A stretch of DNA of 64,000 nt. Source: a virus. A model generated the notes under the pieces. The model worked only from the letters and a program-made list of their open reading frames with translations, was not told the DNA's origin and did no database searches. Below, piece after piece: positions 1-9,200 of the stretch. The position numbers and the translations under genes are program-made. The stretch lies in the UHGV virus genome UHGV-1421865, one strand, 5' to 3'. Numbering within the stretch: the first letter of the stretch is position 1; the number at the start of each line of letters is the position of its first letter.

Positions 1-495
1 CATTCCTATTTTAATACGAGAATAAACGACATTATTTTGATTCAATAGTTCTATATAAAATGCTTGACACATCTCGTCGTACGTTCTGTCACGGGAATAG
101 TTAAACCAAAAATTCTCAAATAAGATAAAATAGTTCAAATAGCCCAGAGTATGCCGAAATGTTATATTGAACGTCATATCCATCATCGAAAACGGCGAGT
201 TCGGCGCTCTGTATGCGACCGGTGCATTGGGACTGAGTAAATTATTCTGTTCCGTACGTTCTTGTTTTATCAACGGACCTTGTGCTCTATTCGGTTGTTC
301 TTGTGTTACAACGGCATTAGAAAACCCCAACACATCGACACTTTGTATTGTTTCGTTGATGAAATCAATAGGGGTTCTTATAAAAGATTTCCCCCTATTG
401 ATTATATTCGTATACTTTTCTTCTATCTCCGGAGCGATAAACTCTTTCGGCAACAGTAGTCGAAACGCATCTTGTTTCGATTTAAGACTCAACAT
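1..495 (-). CDS. Partial CDS of unknown function; its 3' end runs past the window start
   Basis: Open minus-strand frame from the ATG at 495-493 down to position 1 with no stop. I checked it by hand across several segments; it reads ...SKQDAFRLLLPKEFIAPEIEEKYTNIINRGK... The provided track omits it, probably because it is truncated by the window edge. Confidence 0.5.
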   Translation of the reverse strand, partial: MLSLKSKQDAFRLLLPKEFIAPEIEEKYTNIINRGKSFIRTPIDFINETIQSVDVLGFSNAVVTQEQPNRAQGPLIKQERTEQNNLLSPNAPVAYRAPNSPFSMMDMTFNITFRHTLGYLNYFILFENFWFNYSRDRTYDEMCQAFYIELLNQNNVVYSRIKIGM

Positions 496-510
496 ATTTC
501 TTTTATCGTC

Positions 511-600
511 TTTATATTCTACTACAGTCTACAGTAGTCTTGTGCAGTCTACAGTAGTCTTATACAGTCTTGTGTAGTCTATTACAGCCTGCTACAGACC
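511..600. repeat. Degenerate tandem repeats of about 11-15 bp with the core TACAGTAGTCTTGTG, downstream of the portal-like gene
   Basis: ctacagtagtcttgtgcagtctacagtagtcttatacagtcttgtgtagtctattacagcctgctacagacc. The segment cagtcttgtgtagtctattacag recurs as an inverted copy at 4335-4358. Confidence 0.7.
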
Positions 601-2466
601 TGTGTCATTGCTGTCTGGAGCATCATCTGCCGGGACACTATCAGTCTCAGGTTGGACATCGCCTTGCATTTCGTCGTCTATTTCGTCCGAACTGTCGCTG
701 GCACCTGCTTCCGGTTCCGGACCGTCGTCTTCAGGCTCGTCTCCTTCGTCGTCCATACCGAATCCACTGTCGTCATCGTCACCACCGAATCCACTGTCAT
801 CTTCCGACTCGTCGTCCTCTTCATTATTGGTGGCAGTTTTGTCTTTGAATGACTTATTAAGTGCCAAATCGGACTCACTCATCTTCAGATATTTTGTAAT
901 AAGGAACTCTAAATCGAAATAAGGATTCTCGTTTCCTTCGTCGTCCATTACAGATAGACTGTCTTTCAGATTCGTTATAAATTCGAGGCGCTTTGTCATA
1001 ATCTCTATGTTCATCATCTCTTCGAACATATTATATGAATTAAACCGAAGACCGACGCTACCGATAAGACGATAGTTGTTATTTAGTTTAGGAATACTTA
1101 ACGACAGTTGAATACGCAGCGGTTTCAGTAAGACCTCTGCAAAGACACCCCGAACTCTATTGACGAAACGAGAAAAGTCGATTTCTTCGCGCAGGGCCTG
1201 TGTCGCATCGGTACCGAACCATGTCGCTTGCGCATCGGTACTAAAACGACTGGCTGGAATCTGTGATGCTCTATATAGCTTATTTAAGAAATAATTAAGC
1301 TGATCATTATCGGACAATGTCGGTCCCGAGTCGGTTAAGGTTTCTATCCGGGGTGTGCCGTTCTCATTTTCCGGCATCCAGTATTCTTTGTTGAACGGTA
1401 GATTAACACGGCCGTTTATTTTCAATTCACCGGTTTCGTTATTAAAAGAAATATCTTCTTTATACCGGTTCATCGCTTCGGCTAATGTCTGCCGACCTTT
1501 GGCACGGTTCATACCGCCGACCGGAATAGTAAACATAGTCTTAAACGACGACTGTGTTACCGTCCAAATGATCTGCGCTTGCTCTACAATACGATATATA
1601 TTAAAAGGACGTATCAATCTTTCTAGATACGACTGACGTTGGTTAACACCGGAGTCTTCAAATTTAATATATATCACCTGTGAGTCCAACATTTTACGCT
1701 CATGGCTATGGGTGTCTTTGTACTGTACCCAGTAGGTAACACCGCCATCAACAACGCGAGTCAGTGTACAAGGATCGAGTTCGATTATAGCCTTTACAAA
1801 TTTAGGATGTTGTAGGTCATCGTAGACAATTTCAAAGGCCAGTACACCGTCGATAAGGAATCGTTTGTACTGGTACCATGCCCGTTGTTTCCATTGTAGC
1901 AAATTGTACAGTCGAATGAACTCGTTCTGTAACGTCGTGTTGATTTGTTCTATATATTCCTCTTCGAGATTCTGAATGATAGCATTATCTAAGAAAGGTT
2001 GACAAATGTACAAATCGTTTTCGTCGCCGACAATACTCTCGTTGGCCATTTTGTCGATGATGTCTTCTAATTCGGTATACAACGACATCTGACGTAAGAA
2101 ATCACGACGTTGTGTTAATGTCTTTTCAGAAAACGACCGTTCTTCCTCTGGTTTTATCTTCCAGTTACTAATAGAAGAATATATCGACATCGTATTCTCA
2201 GGCAATAAATCCTTCTGGAGAATAGGGTCTGCAGGTACTGCCTGCATGTTCTTGTATATATCGTCGTCGTAGTTCATCCCATAGTGGGACAACGACTTCA
2301 GGATTTTAGACAGTCCTTTGGGTTTCTTCGGTCTTGTATATTGCTGTGAGAATCCGTTACTGTTACTAAAGTTGTTCTTTATATTTGGATTACCAAAGCT
2401 CTCGTTTATAATGTTGTATATATTAGAACTGTCTTCGAAAACTGAGGACATGTCTGTAAATCTCAT
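592..2466 (-). CDS. Putative portal protein: 624 aa with an acidic C-terminal tail, divergent from terL
   Basis: The size, the position next to the terminase gene, and a strongly acidic Asp/Glu/Gly-rich C-terminus typical of portal proteins. I did not recognise any diagnostic motif. Confidence 0.4.
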   Translation of the reverse strand: MRFTDMSSVFEDSSNIYNIINESFGNPNIKNNFSNSNGFSQQYTRPKKPKGLSKILKSLSHYGMNYDDDIYKNMQAVPADPILQKDLLPENTMSIYSSISNWKIKPEEERSFSEKTLTQRRDFLRQMSLYTELEDIIDKMANESIVGDENDLYICQPFLDNAIIQNLEEEYIEQINTTLQNEFIRLYNLLQWKQRAWYQYKRFLIDGVLAFEIVYDDLQHPKFVKAIIELDPCTLTRVVDGGVTYWVQYKDTHSHERKMLDSQVIYIKFEDSGVNQRQSYLERLIRPFNIYRIVEQAQIIWTVTQSSFKTMFTIPVGGMNRAKGRQTLAEAMNRYKEDISFNNETGELKINGRVNLPFNKEYWMPENENGTPRIETLTDSGPTLSDNDQLNYFLNKLYRASQIPASRFSTDAQATWFGTDATQALREEIDFSRFVNRVRGVFAEVLLKPLRIQLSLSIPKLNNNYRLIGSVGLRFNSYNMFEEMMNIEIMTKRLEFITNLKDSLSVMDDEGNENPYFDLEFLITKYLKMSESDLALNKSFKDKTATNNEEDDESEDDSGFGGDDDDSGFGMDDEGDEPEDDGPEPEAGASDSSDEIDDEMQGDVQPETDSVPADDAPDSNDTGL

Positions 2467-2491
2467 GTGCTGTTATATATTTGATATTTGA

Positions 2492-3475
2492 CTATATCGG
2501 AATAGAAATGCCCGTAAGAGCCATAATTTTTAGTACCGCTTTCTGGATAAGTGACCAGGCGACGATTAGTGCCTTGGACTTTGTCTTTTCCAGTAGTGCA
2601 TGTGCCGTCTCCACACCTTTCTGTCGTACGGCGTCCATTTTAAGTGCCATTTCGTACGCAACAGCGTCGACGGCTTTATCGACAAATTTGTCTCGCTTAT
2701 CTATTATTTTATCGCTATACTTCGTTACTTTCGTATCGATGTACGATAATGCTTTATTTACTGACTTTTCGGCGTATTCGTTAACATAGTCCGGTCCGTT
2801 TTCAATGTACGTCAGCGACAACGAAATGTAACTTTCTACTTGTGGTAAATAGTCGTCGCAGAGTTTTTTAACCTCGTTTGCGTTTTTAATAAGGTCATTT
2901 ACGAATTTCGATGACTTTTTCTTCTTCTTCTTTTCCTGTTCTCGTTTATTGATGTCTTCTGCCGACTTTATTAACGATTCTAAGAGCTCACCTTTCGTCA
3001 TAAAGTAGCCTTTACCGTCTTCTCGTGTTTCGTCGATAATTTCATTAGATATATACGCGATAGCTCTCTTTCCGGCGCGACTCATTATCTCAGATAGAAA
3101 ATCGGGAGGACTAAGAAACGGGCCTATAATACGTACAAGATGTTTTGTGCCGTACGAAACGATTTGCGTCGTACACTTTTCTAATAGTTGCGTACCTAGA
3201 CCTATCAATTCTTCTTTGAAAATATCGATATATTCCGACGCAGACTTGGGATTGATACGTGCGATAACACCTGTCACCGTCGCGGCAATTTTAAGACTGG
3301 ACATGGTCGTCGGGTCTTGTAACGCATCGGAAGTCAGTTTGGTAAGTGCGGTCGTCGCCTTGCCTTGCACAAAACTCGTGGCTTTATTGATAGCCAAATT
3401 AGAAAGTGTCGTACTGCCGCCTGGACCGGTAACTGCATTTATATTACTAATTGTTACTGCGTCTGTTAATCCCAT
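2492..3475 (-). CDS. Hypothetical protein with a Lys-rich stretch; possible scaffold or internal virion protein
   Basis: 327-aa ORF packed tightly between its neighbours. It has an EQEKKKKKKSSKF segment and predicted coiled regions. Confidence 0.45.
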   Translation of the reverse strand: MGLTDAVTISNINAVTGPGGSTTLSNLAINKATSFVQGKATTALTKLTSDALQDPTTMSSLKIAATVTGVIARINPKSASEYIDIFKEELIGLGTQLLEKCTTQIVSYGTKHLVRIIGPFLSPPDFLSEIMSRAGKRAIAYISNEIIDETREDGKGYFMTKGELLESLIKSAEDINKREQEKKKKKKSSKFVNDLIKNANEVKKLCDDYLPQVESYISLSLTYIENGPDYVNEYAEKSVNKALSYIDTKVTKYSDKIIDKRDKFVDKAVDAVAYEMALKMDAVRQKGVETAHALLEKTKSKALIVAWSLIQKAVLKIMALTGISIPI

Positions 3476-4129
3476 TTATCTCATATCATATCGTTCTGTC
3501 GCCCAATCGTACGTACCCTTCGCTTTGACTGTACTTTTCGGCTTGACTGTCGATGCTTTTAGTTGTTCTATAATAGTGTCTTTGTATTTGTTAAAGACAT
3601 TATGATACAACCATTCGGAAATATCGTCATCTGTTAAATTGAAATAGTGTTTTAATACATTTATCGCGTCGAACGGAAACGTACTCTCGTCGAAACTGAT
3701 TTTAACATTTAATTTAACATCTGATTCCGACATTATTTTATCTAACATCTTAACGGCTTCGCTTTGAGGCTCTACTACATCTTCTGAAGACTCGGTTGGT
3801 TGTGTAGTGCTGTCATATAAAGAATCAGGGTATTCTGTAACGACGTCGGAAAGGAATTCTTCGACTTTATTAGTCGGTTTCGCTAACATATCTTGCTGTG
3901 CCATCGCCATCAGGTCTGACGGTGCCGAAATAGGTGCTTCTTGTACCGGTGATGTGACTGTGCCTGTGTCCGATTCCATCTTAACATAATATCTCGAAAA
4001 CTCATTCATACTCATTTGACCGTGGTCTGTCATGATGATAGTATCGCCTTCCGGTGTCATTATACTGTCACGGACGAATATCGTTTGACCGGTTTGTGTA
4101 TTGATAAATTCGCCTTGTATATTTTGCAT
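3476..4129 (-). CDS. Hypothetical protein
   Basis: 217-aa ORF contiguous with the upstream minus-strand gene (stop and start are adjacent). Confidence 0.45.
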   Translation of the reverse strand: MQNIQGEFINTQTGQTIFVRDSIMTPEGDTIIMTDHGQMSMNEFSRYYVKMESDTGTVTSPVQEAPISAPSDLMAMAQQDMLAKPTNKVEEFLSDVVTEYPDSLYDSTTQPTESSEDVVEPQSEAVKMLDKIMSESDVKLNVKISFDESTFPFDAINVLKHYFNLTDDDISEWLYHNVFNKYKDTIIEQLKASTVKPKSTVKAKGTYDWATERYDMR

Positions 4130-4261
4130 AGTTATTTCGTTATTATTCTTTCATCTATATAATAGGACACAAAGGCGAAACACAGTATAGTTTGGGTAAC
4201 TTTTGTATTGTATATGCGTGATTTTCATATATATATGCTGATGTAATCTATCTACGTACAA

Positions 4262-4366
4262 AGCAAGACTACAACACTACTACAGTCAACTAATGTAATC
4301 TATATAGAGCATGTTGACGAAAGTCTATGTCTCGCATTACTGTAGTAGACTACACAAGACTACCAA
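4262..4366. repeat. Inverted copy of the TACAGTAGTCT repeat, in the terL upstream region
   Basis: tactgtagtagactacacaagactacc is the reverse complement of ggtagtcttgtgtagtctactacagta (22 of 23 matched to 566-587). ctactacagtc also occurs at 4268-4280. Confidence 0.6.
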
Positions 4367-4369
4367 AGT

Positions 4370-6223
4370 ATGATAAAAGAAAAAGAATACGAATTTAATC
4401 CTATAAAAGAACAAACTGCCGGAAAGCAATCGGAACAGGTAGTTTGGTCGACAAAATCTATCGAAAAAGCCTGTGAAGGTCTGGATAAGGGTATGCCGCT
4501 GAAAGCATCGCCGTTTATCGGTAAGGTGACGCAGCTACTGAAACCGAATCTGGTATATAGAAGAACAAAGGAGGAAATAGAAGACTATATCCGTTGTAAA
4601 ACCGACGTGGTTTACTTCGCGACGAAATGTTACCTAATGACACCGACGGGTTTACAACCCTGTGTACTTCGTGACTATCAAGAAGGTTACTTACAACATG
4701 TCGCTAATAATAGGTTCTCTATTATGTTGGCATGTCGACAGGCCGGTAAGTCAGTATCTACCGCAATAGCGTGCTTATGGAAGATTCTATTTAATACAGA
4801 CAAGCGAGCACTTATATTGTCTAAATCGGGACCTGCCGGCGAAGACTTATTGGCTAAGATAAAGGACATGTTTATGTTCTTGCCGTATCACCTTAAATGT
4901 GGTGTGATGAAGTGGAATCAAAAAGAAATCAGTTTCGATAACAATTCCAGTATCTCCACAGAGGCTTTCTCCGACACCGCAGGTCTGGGTAAGACAATTA
5001 ACTTTCTTATATTAGACGAGTTCGCATGGTGTCCACCCGGTGAAGTCGAACTGTTCTATAATAACATTATTCCTACTATTACGGCCGATACAAACTCTAA
5101 TATCTGTATCATGTCGACACAGAACGGCTTTAATTTGTTTTATAAGATATATAAAGCGTCGCTGGAAGGAAAAAACATCTATGCACCCTATAAAGTCGAC
5201 TGGTACCAAGTACCGCAATGGGACAAGGAGATAGGGGGTTGGAAGAAACGAGACGAGGCATGGAAACAAGAGATGATCGGTATCTTAGGATCCGAAGAGA
5301 ACTTCTATTACCAGTACGGTACTCAATTTTCTATTTCTAATGCTTGTTTGGTCAGTCGCGAATGTATGACGGTACTACACGACAAGGAAGCCAAGTTTAT
5401 TTCTTATACCGAAAACGAGTACAATGACAAAGGTCTTTATTTGACGTTACAGCATCCGGAATGTCTCAGATGGCATCCCGATTACGATATTTCTAATATA
5501 AAGAAAGACTATTTTGTCATACTTGTCGACTTAGCAGAAGGATCTGGTGGCGACTATACTGTTTTTAATATAATAAAAGTAAACGGAAAAGAAGACTACG
5601 AGGCAGTAGGTCTATGGCATTCCAACCAAGTGGACTTAGAGCATAGTGCACTGGAATTTTGGCTGTTGGTGTGTCAGCTGTTCAACGACGGTAACGCTAT
5701 CATATCCATAGAATACAACACATACGGACAACTGTTTTATACTTATATAACAAACTATAACGAACAAGAGTACGACAAAGAGAAACAGTGGCGATTTAAC
5801 GTACCCGGTGCCGCCGACGGTGTAGATACTTTTAATATAGCAAAATACGGTAAACAGTTCGGTGACGATAACTTCAAATCACTCAATACACCGGGTATAA
5901 AAATAACTAGTACGAACAAACCGGTGCTGTGCTCGATGTTAAAGATGTTGTTAGAGAAATCGAAACTTAAAATATACGACATCGGAACCATTACAGAACT
6001 TGAAAATTTCGAAGATAAAAACGGTACTGGTTCTTATAAAGCAAAATACGGTCACGACGACATTATCATGTCACTATGTCAACTACCGGCATTGGAACAA
6101 AATATAAGATTCAAAAATTTCTTAGAAGACATCGAAACCGCATCAGAATATAGTAATATAGAATCGAAATTCGATATGTCGGGATATGACGATTTCAGCC
6201 CGCACGGGGTGTCGTTATACTAA
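4370..6223 (+). CDS. terL: Terminase large subunit (ATPase plus nuclease)
   Basis: Walker A-like MLACRQAGKSVST and Walker B-like LILDEFAW, then a C-terminal acidic-residue nuclease region, in 617 aa. This is the typical TerL layout. Confidence 0.85.
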   Translation: MIKEKEYEFNPIKEQTAGKQSEQVVWSTKSIEKACEGLDKGMPLKASPFIGKVTQLLKPNLVYRRTKEEIEDYIRCKTDVVYFATKCYLMTPTGLQPCVLRDYQEGYLQHVANNRFSIMLACRQAGKSVSTAIACLWKILFNTDKRALILSKSGPAGEDLLAKIKDMFMFLPYHLKCGVMKWNQKEISFDNNSSISTEAFSDTAGLGKTINFLILDEFAWCPPGEVELFYNNIIPTITADTNSNICIMSTQNGFNLFYKIYKASLEGKNIYAPYKVDWYQVPQWDKEIGGWKKRDEAWKQEMIGILGSEENFYYQYGTQFSISNACLVSRECMTVLHDKEAKFISYTENEYNDKGLYLTLQHPECLRWHPDYDISNIKKDYFVILVDLAEGSGGDYTVFNIIKVNGKEDYEAVGLWHSNQVDLEHSALEFWLLVCQLFNDGNAIISIEYNTYGQLFYTYITNYNEQEYDKEKQWRFNVPGAADGVDTFNIAKYGKQFGDDNFKSLNTPGIKITSTNKPVLCSMLKMLLEKSKLKIYDIGTITELENFEDKNGTGSYKAKYGHDDIIMSLCQLPALEQNIRFKNFLEDIETASEYSNIESKFDMSGYDDFSPHGVSLY

Positions 6224-6235
6224 CTTATCAAAACT

Positions 6236-6418
6236 TACAAAAATCTCGTCTGTGACAACGTGTGGGACACGTTTTGTGTTCCATAACGCACGATTTTTCT
6301 TTGACCTTGGTACTAGTAAGGCTGGCTGGTTTGGACACGATACAGGAGCTCTAAAGTGCCTTTACGGGCTTGTTATAGTTTGGTATACCAGTATACAAAA
6401 CAGAAACCGTCAAAGTTG
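6236..6418 (+). repeat. Conserved intergenic element family, copy 1 (divergent), directly upstream of the 916-aa gene
   Basis: ccataacgcacgatttttctttgaccttggtactagtaagg...ctaaagtgcctttacggg...cagtatacaaaacagaaaccgtcaaag. Confidence 0.7.
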
Positions 6419-6442
6419 AACTAAAATAAGACTAAAAATGAC

Positions 6443-9193
6443 ATGTTTTATACATTAGCAAAAACAGATCCCGCGTTATCGGGGAAATTCGGTCTTAGTA
6501 TAGACTACAAAGAGCACACCGTTGCTAATTTGATGTCTTTAGATACTAAAGCGACAATTCATAATATACCGGTAAAGTTATATAACGGACAGTACGAGTT
6601 CGATATTCGTCGTTGTTATAAACACTATTATGATAAATTTTATGGCACTACAAGCGATGATCCTAAGATGTACGAGTTCGGTGCCCAGCGAGTACAGAAA
6701 CAACTGTTCACACGACAGTTTATGTTTTATGCACCGTTCTATTGTGACGCAGTGAACGACATGCCCGATTCGTTTGTTATCGATATTTATCGAAAAGACA
6801 GAATACTGTCGTCGGTGAGTATTCCGTTAGACGATAAAACGTACGTAGGAAAATACTTACGTTCTTATATAGAGAAAATAGACGATAAAACAATAAACAT
6901 ATCTGTGCGCGAAAACGGTTATATCGTTACATATTACGGTATTGATCTTATAAAAGGCGGCTTGGTAGAATTCGAATATAATAACCTACATTTTGACGAG
7001 AATGGCTTGCCCAATATAGAAACAGGTTATTTCAACAAGAAAATCGTAATGCGGCAAATAATACCCCTTTGTATCACATTCGACTTAGACGAGTACATCG
7101 GACAAGACGTGATAATCCAAGGGTATTATGTCAAAAACAACATTAAATTGCCTTTATATAACATAGATAGGGTAAAAGAAACAAACAAACCGGAATATAA
7201 AAACGCATTGTCGAACAATACAACACCGTATCTATTACGCGAACGACTCCGAGAAACAGAACGCGACTATACATCACCTGTCACCAATGTATATTTCATC
7301 GACGACCTCTATACAGACGAAGAACATACTAAATCATTAAGTGACTTTATCAAATTTGCACAGAGTAAAACAAATACAAGTCTATTAAAGAACATTCAAG
7401 ACGTCGTTAATACCTATCGGTGGATAAACCGGCAATCGACAGACGCCACGGTTGTCGACGGAAAAGCGATGTACAACAATGTACTGTATTCTGGACTGGG
7501 TGATGCCAAACAGTTTAGAATCGAAGTGAATCCGATTGTAAATAACCTTAATAAAGAACATATTGTATCGTCGCGTTTTGTTATCGACAAACCGAACATG
7601 TCAAATACCAGAATCGACATCAATACGAAGGAAGGTCAAAATACATTACGAGTAGTTTCCGAACACAAGAAATACACCGTCGATTTCAATGCGTTTTTCG
7701 AACCGACGGACGATGTCACAGACAAGTCCGATTTGTACATAGAATATACTGGATTTATAAACGAATACATCACGTTAGTCGACTTCTGTGACAAGGCAGA
7801 TGGTGAAAAAGATTATATAAAAAATAATAGACTGGACGGGCAGTACGAATATACCGGTATAACAGTGGCCCCGAATAGTAACTATATCGGCGACGACTTA
7901 TACGTTGCCTCAGAAAACGGTTATACAGAATACAACGATAAAGTACACAAAGGACGGTTATATAAAAAGCAATCGTTTATTGACATTACAAAATTCAAAG
8001 ACCGGATTGTATTTGGTGCGGCAACAAGATACACCTACATACCCGTCGACGAATACAATAACAACGGCTATTTTGTAAAGACAGATTCATTGTACAGAAA
8101 CTTGTATATTTTAGGATATACACCATACAATGTCATTAAAGACTTGGGTGAAGCTGTATCGAACAAACAAATGTACTGCCAAGTCGATAATAACAAGTAT
8201 ACCGTAAAAAATTTTAGTACGTTGTTCACATCACCGGAACAAGTTGATATGTTTTATAATATAGATAACGACAGTAGACTGTATAACTCGACTAGTGACT
8301 TTGCAGCCTGGTTACCTTACCGCTTTATCACAGTACCGAAGTATTTTAATATAACAGCAGATATATATAAGAAATACATCAAATGGGACGGTAAATTTAA
8401 GCACATGTTATATCTTGTCGCATCGACAGAAAACAAACCGGCTGTGTATAATCCCAGTGCGACAAAAATAGATACAACGTCTATATTAGTAGACCCTCTA
8501 TTTGGTAACTTCGTCCAGTTCGAAGATAACGATATTGCTTTATATAACAAATTAAGATCGAAATGCGACTTTATAAACGAGCAAGCCGTCCTAAAAGAGC
8601 ACAATGCAGCATGCTTTATACGCTACGACTTAGCACCCGAAGGGGTACGTTCAACAGCCAAAAAGTATTATAAGAAGATTATCTCCGGTAGTCGTAACAG
8701 TTATATAACAAGTCGAAAAGAAAACGACGTATTTGTCTACACATTGAACGTAAACGTCACGTCGGAAGGGCACGACTGGATTTTACCGAACATGAATATA
8801 GACGTACTGAACGATCCTGAATACGTTAAGGATAACATTAGTATCATATTACCGTTATTAAAAAACAACCTCAACTTGACGGCGATAAACGAACCTGGAT
8901 TTTTTGAGCGACCGTACAAGAATAAGTTCTATTTAGGTTATTATACTCCTTATATAAAACTGTTAGAACAAACAAACCAGTTCTATTATAAGACAGAAAG
9001 GGTAGAAAACAAGTATTTACAGTATAATAAACTGTTCCCCTTACAAGACAAGGTCGTTATACCGTACGAGACCGATATATGGCAACCTTTATTATACTAC
9101 TACGGCCTATCAGACAGTACACATTTAGCATTCTTACAACGTGTTTACAACGTCATCATAACAGATGACAAAATAGAATATACACTTTTATAA
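6443..9193 (+). CDS. Large virion structural protein, 916 aa, function unknown
   Basis: Long uninterrupted ORF directly after terL inside the plus-strand structural block. Confidence 0.6.
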   Translation: MFYTLAKTDPALSGKFGLSIDYKEHTVANLMSLDTKATIHNIPVKLYNGQYEFDIRRCYKHYYDKFYGTTSDDPKMYEFGAQRVQKQLFTRQFMFYAPFYCDAVNDMPDSFVIDIYRKDRILSSVSIPLDDKTYVGKYLRSYIEKIDDKTINISVRENGYIVTYYGIDLIKGGLVEFEYNNLHFDENGLPNIETGYFNKKIVMRQIIPLCITFDLDEYIGQDVIIQGYYVKNNIKLPLYNIDRVKETNKPEYKNALSNNTTPYLLRERLRETERDYTSPVTNVYFIDDLYTDEEHTKSLSDFIKFAQSKTNTSLLKNIQDVVNTYRWINRQSTDATVVDGKAMYNNVLYSGLGDAKQFRIEVNPIVNNLNKEHIVSSRFVIDKPNMSNTRIDINTKEGQNTLRVVSEHKKYTVDFNAFFEPTDDVTDKSDLYIEYTGFINEYITLVDFCDKADGEKDYIKNNRLDGQYEYTGITVAPNSNYIGDDLYVASENGYTEYNDKVHKGRLYKKQSFIDITKFKDRIVFGAATRYTYIPVDEYNNNGYFVKTDSLYRNLYILGYTPYNVIKDLGEAVSNKQMYCQVDNNKYTVKNFSTLFTSPEQVDMFYNIDNDSRLYNSTSDFAAWLPYRFITVPKYFNITADIYKKYIKWDGKFKHMLYLVASTENKPAVYNPSATKIDTTSILVDPLFGNFVQFEDNDIALYNKLRSKCDFINEQAVLKEHNAACFIRYDLAPEGVRSTAKKYYKKIISGSRNSYITSRKENDVFVYTLNVNVTSEGHDWILPNMNIDVLNDPEYVKDNISIILPLLKNNLNLTAINEPGFFERPYKNKFYLGYYTPYIKLLEQTNQFYYKTERVENKYLQYNKLFPLQDKVVIPYETDIWQPLLYYYGLSDSTHLAFLQRVYNVIITDDKIEYTLL

Positions 9194-9200
9194 AAGACTC

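Noticed and set aside
167-577. Plus-strand ORFs 167..577 and 262..459 from the track
   Set aside because: Low-complexity, Cys/Ser/Leu-rich translation. The opposite strand carries a clean, hand-verified open frame (1..495, minus) that explains the region.
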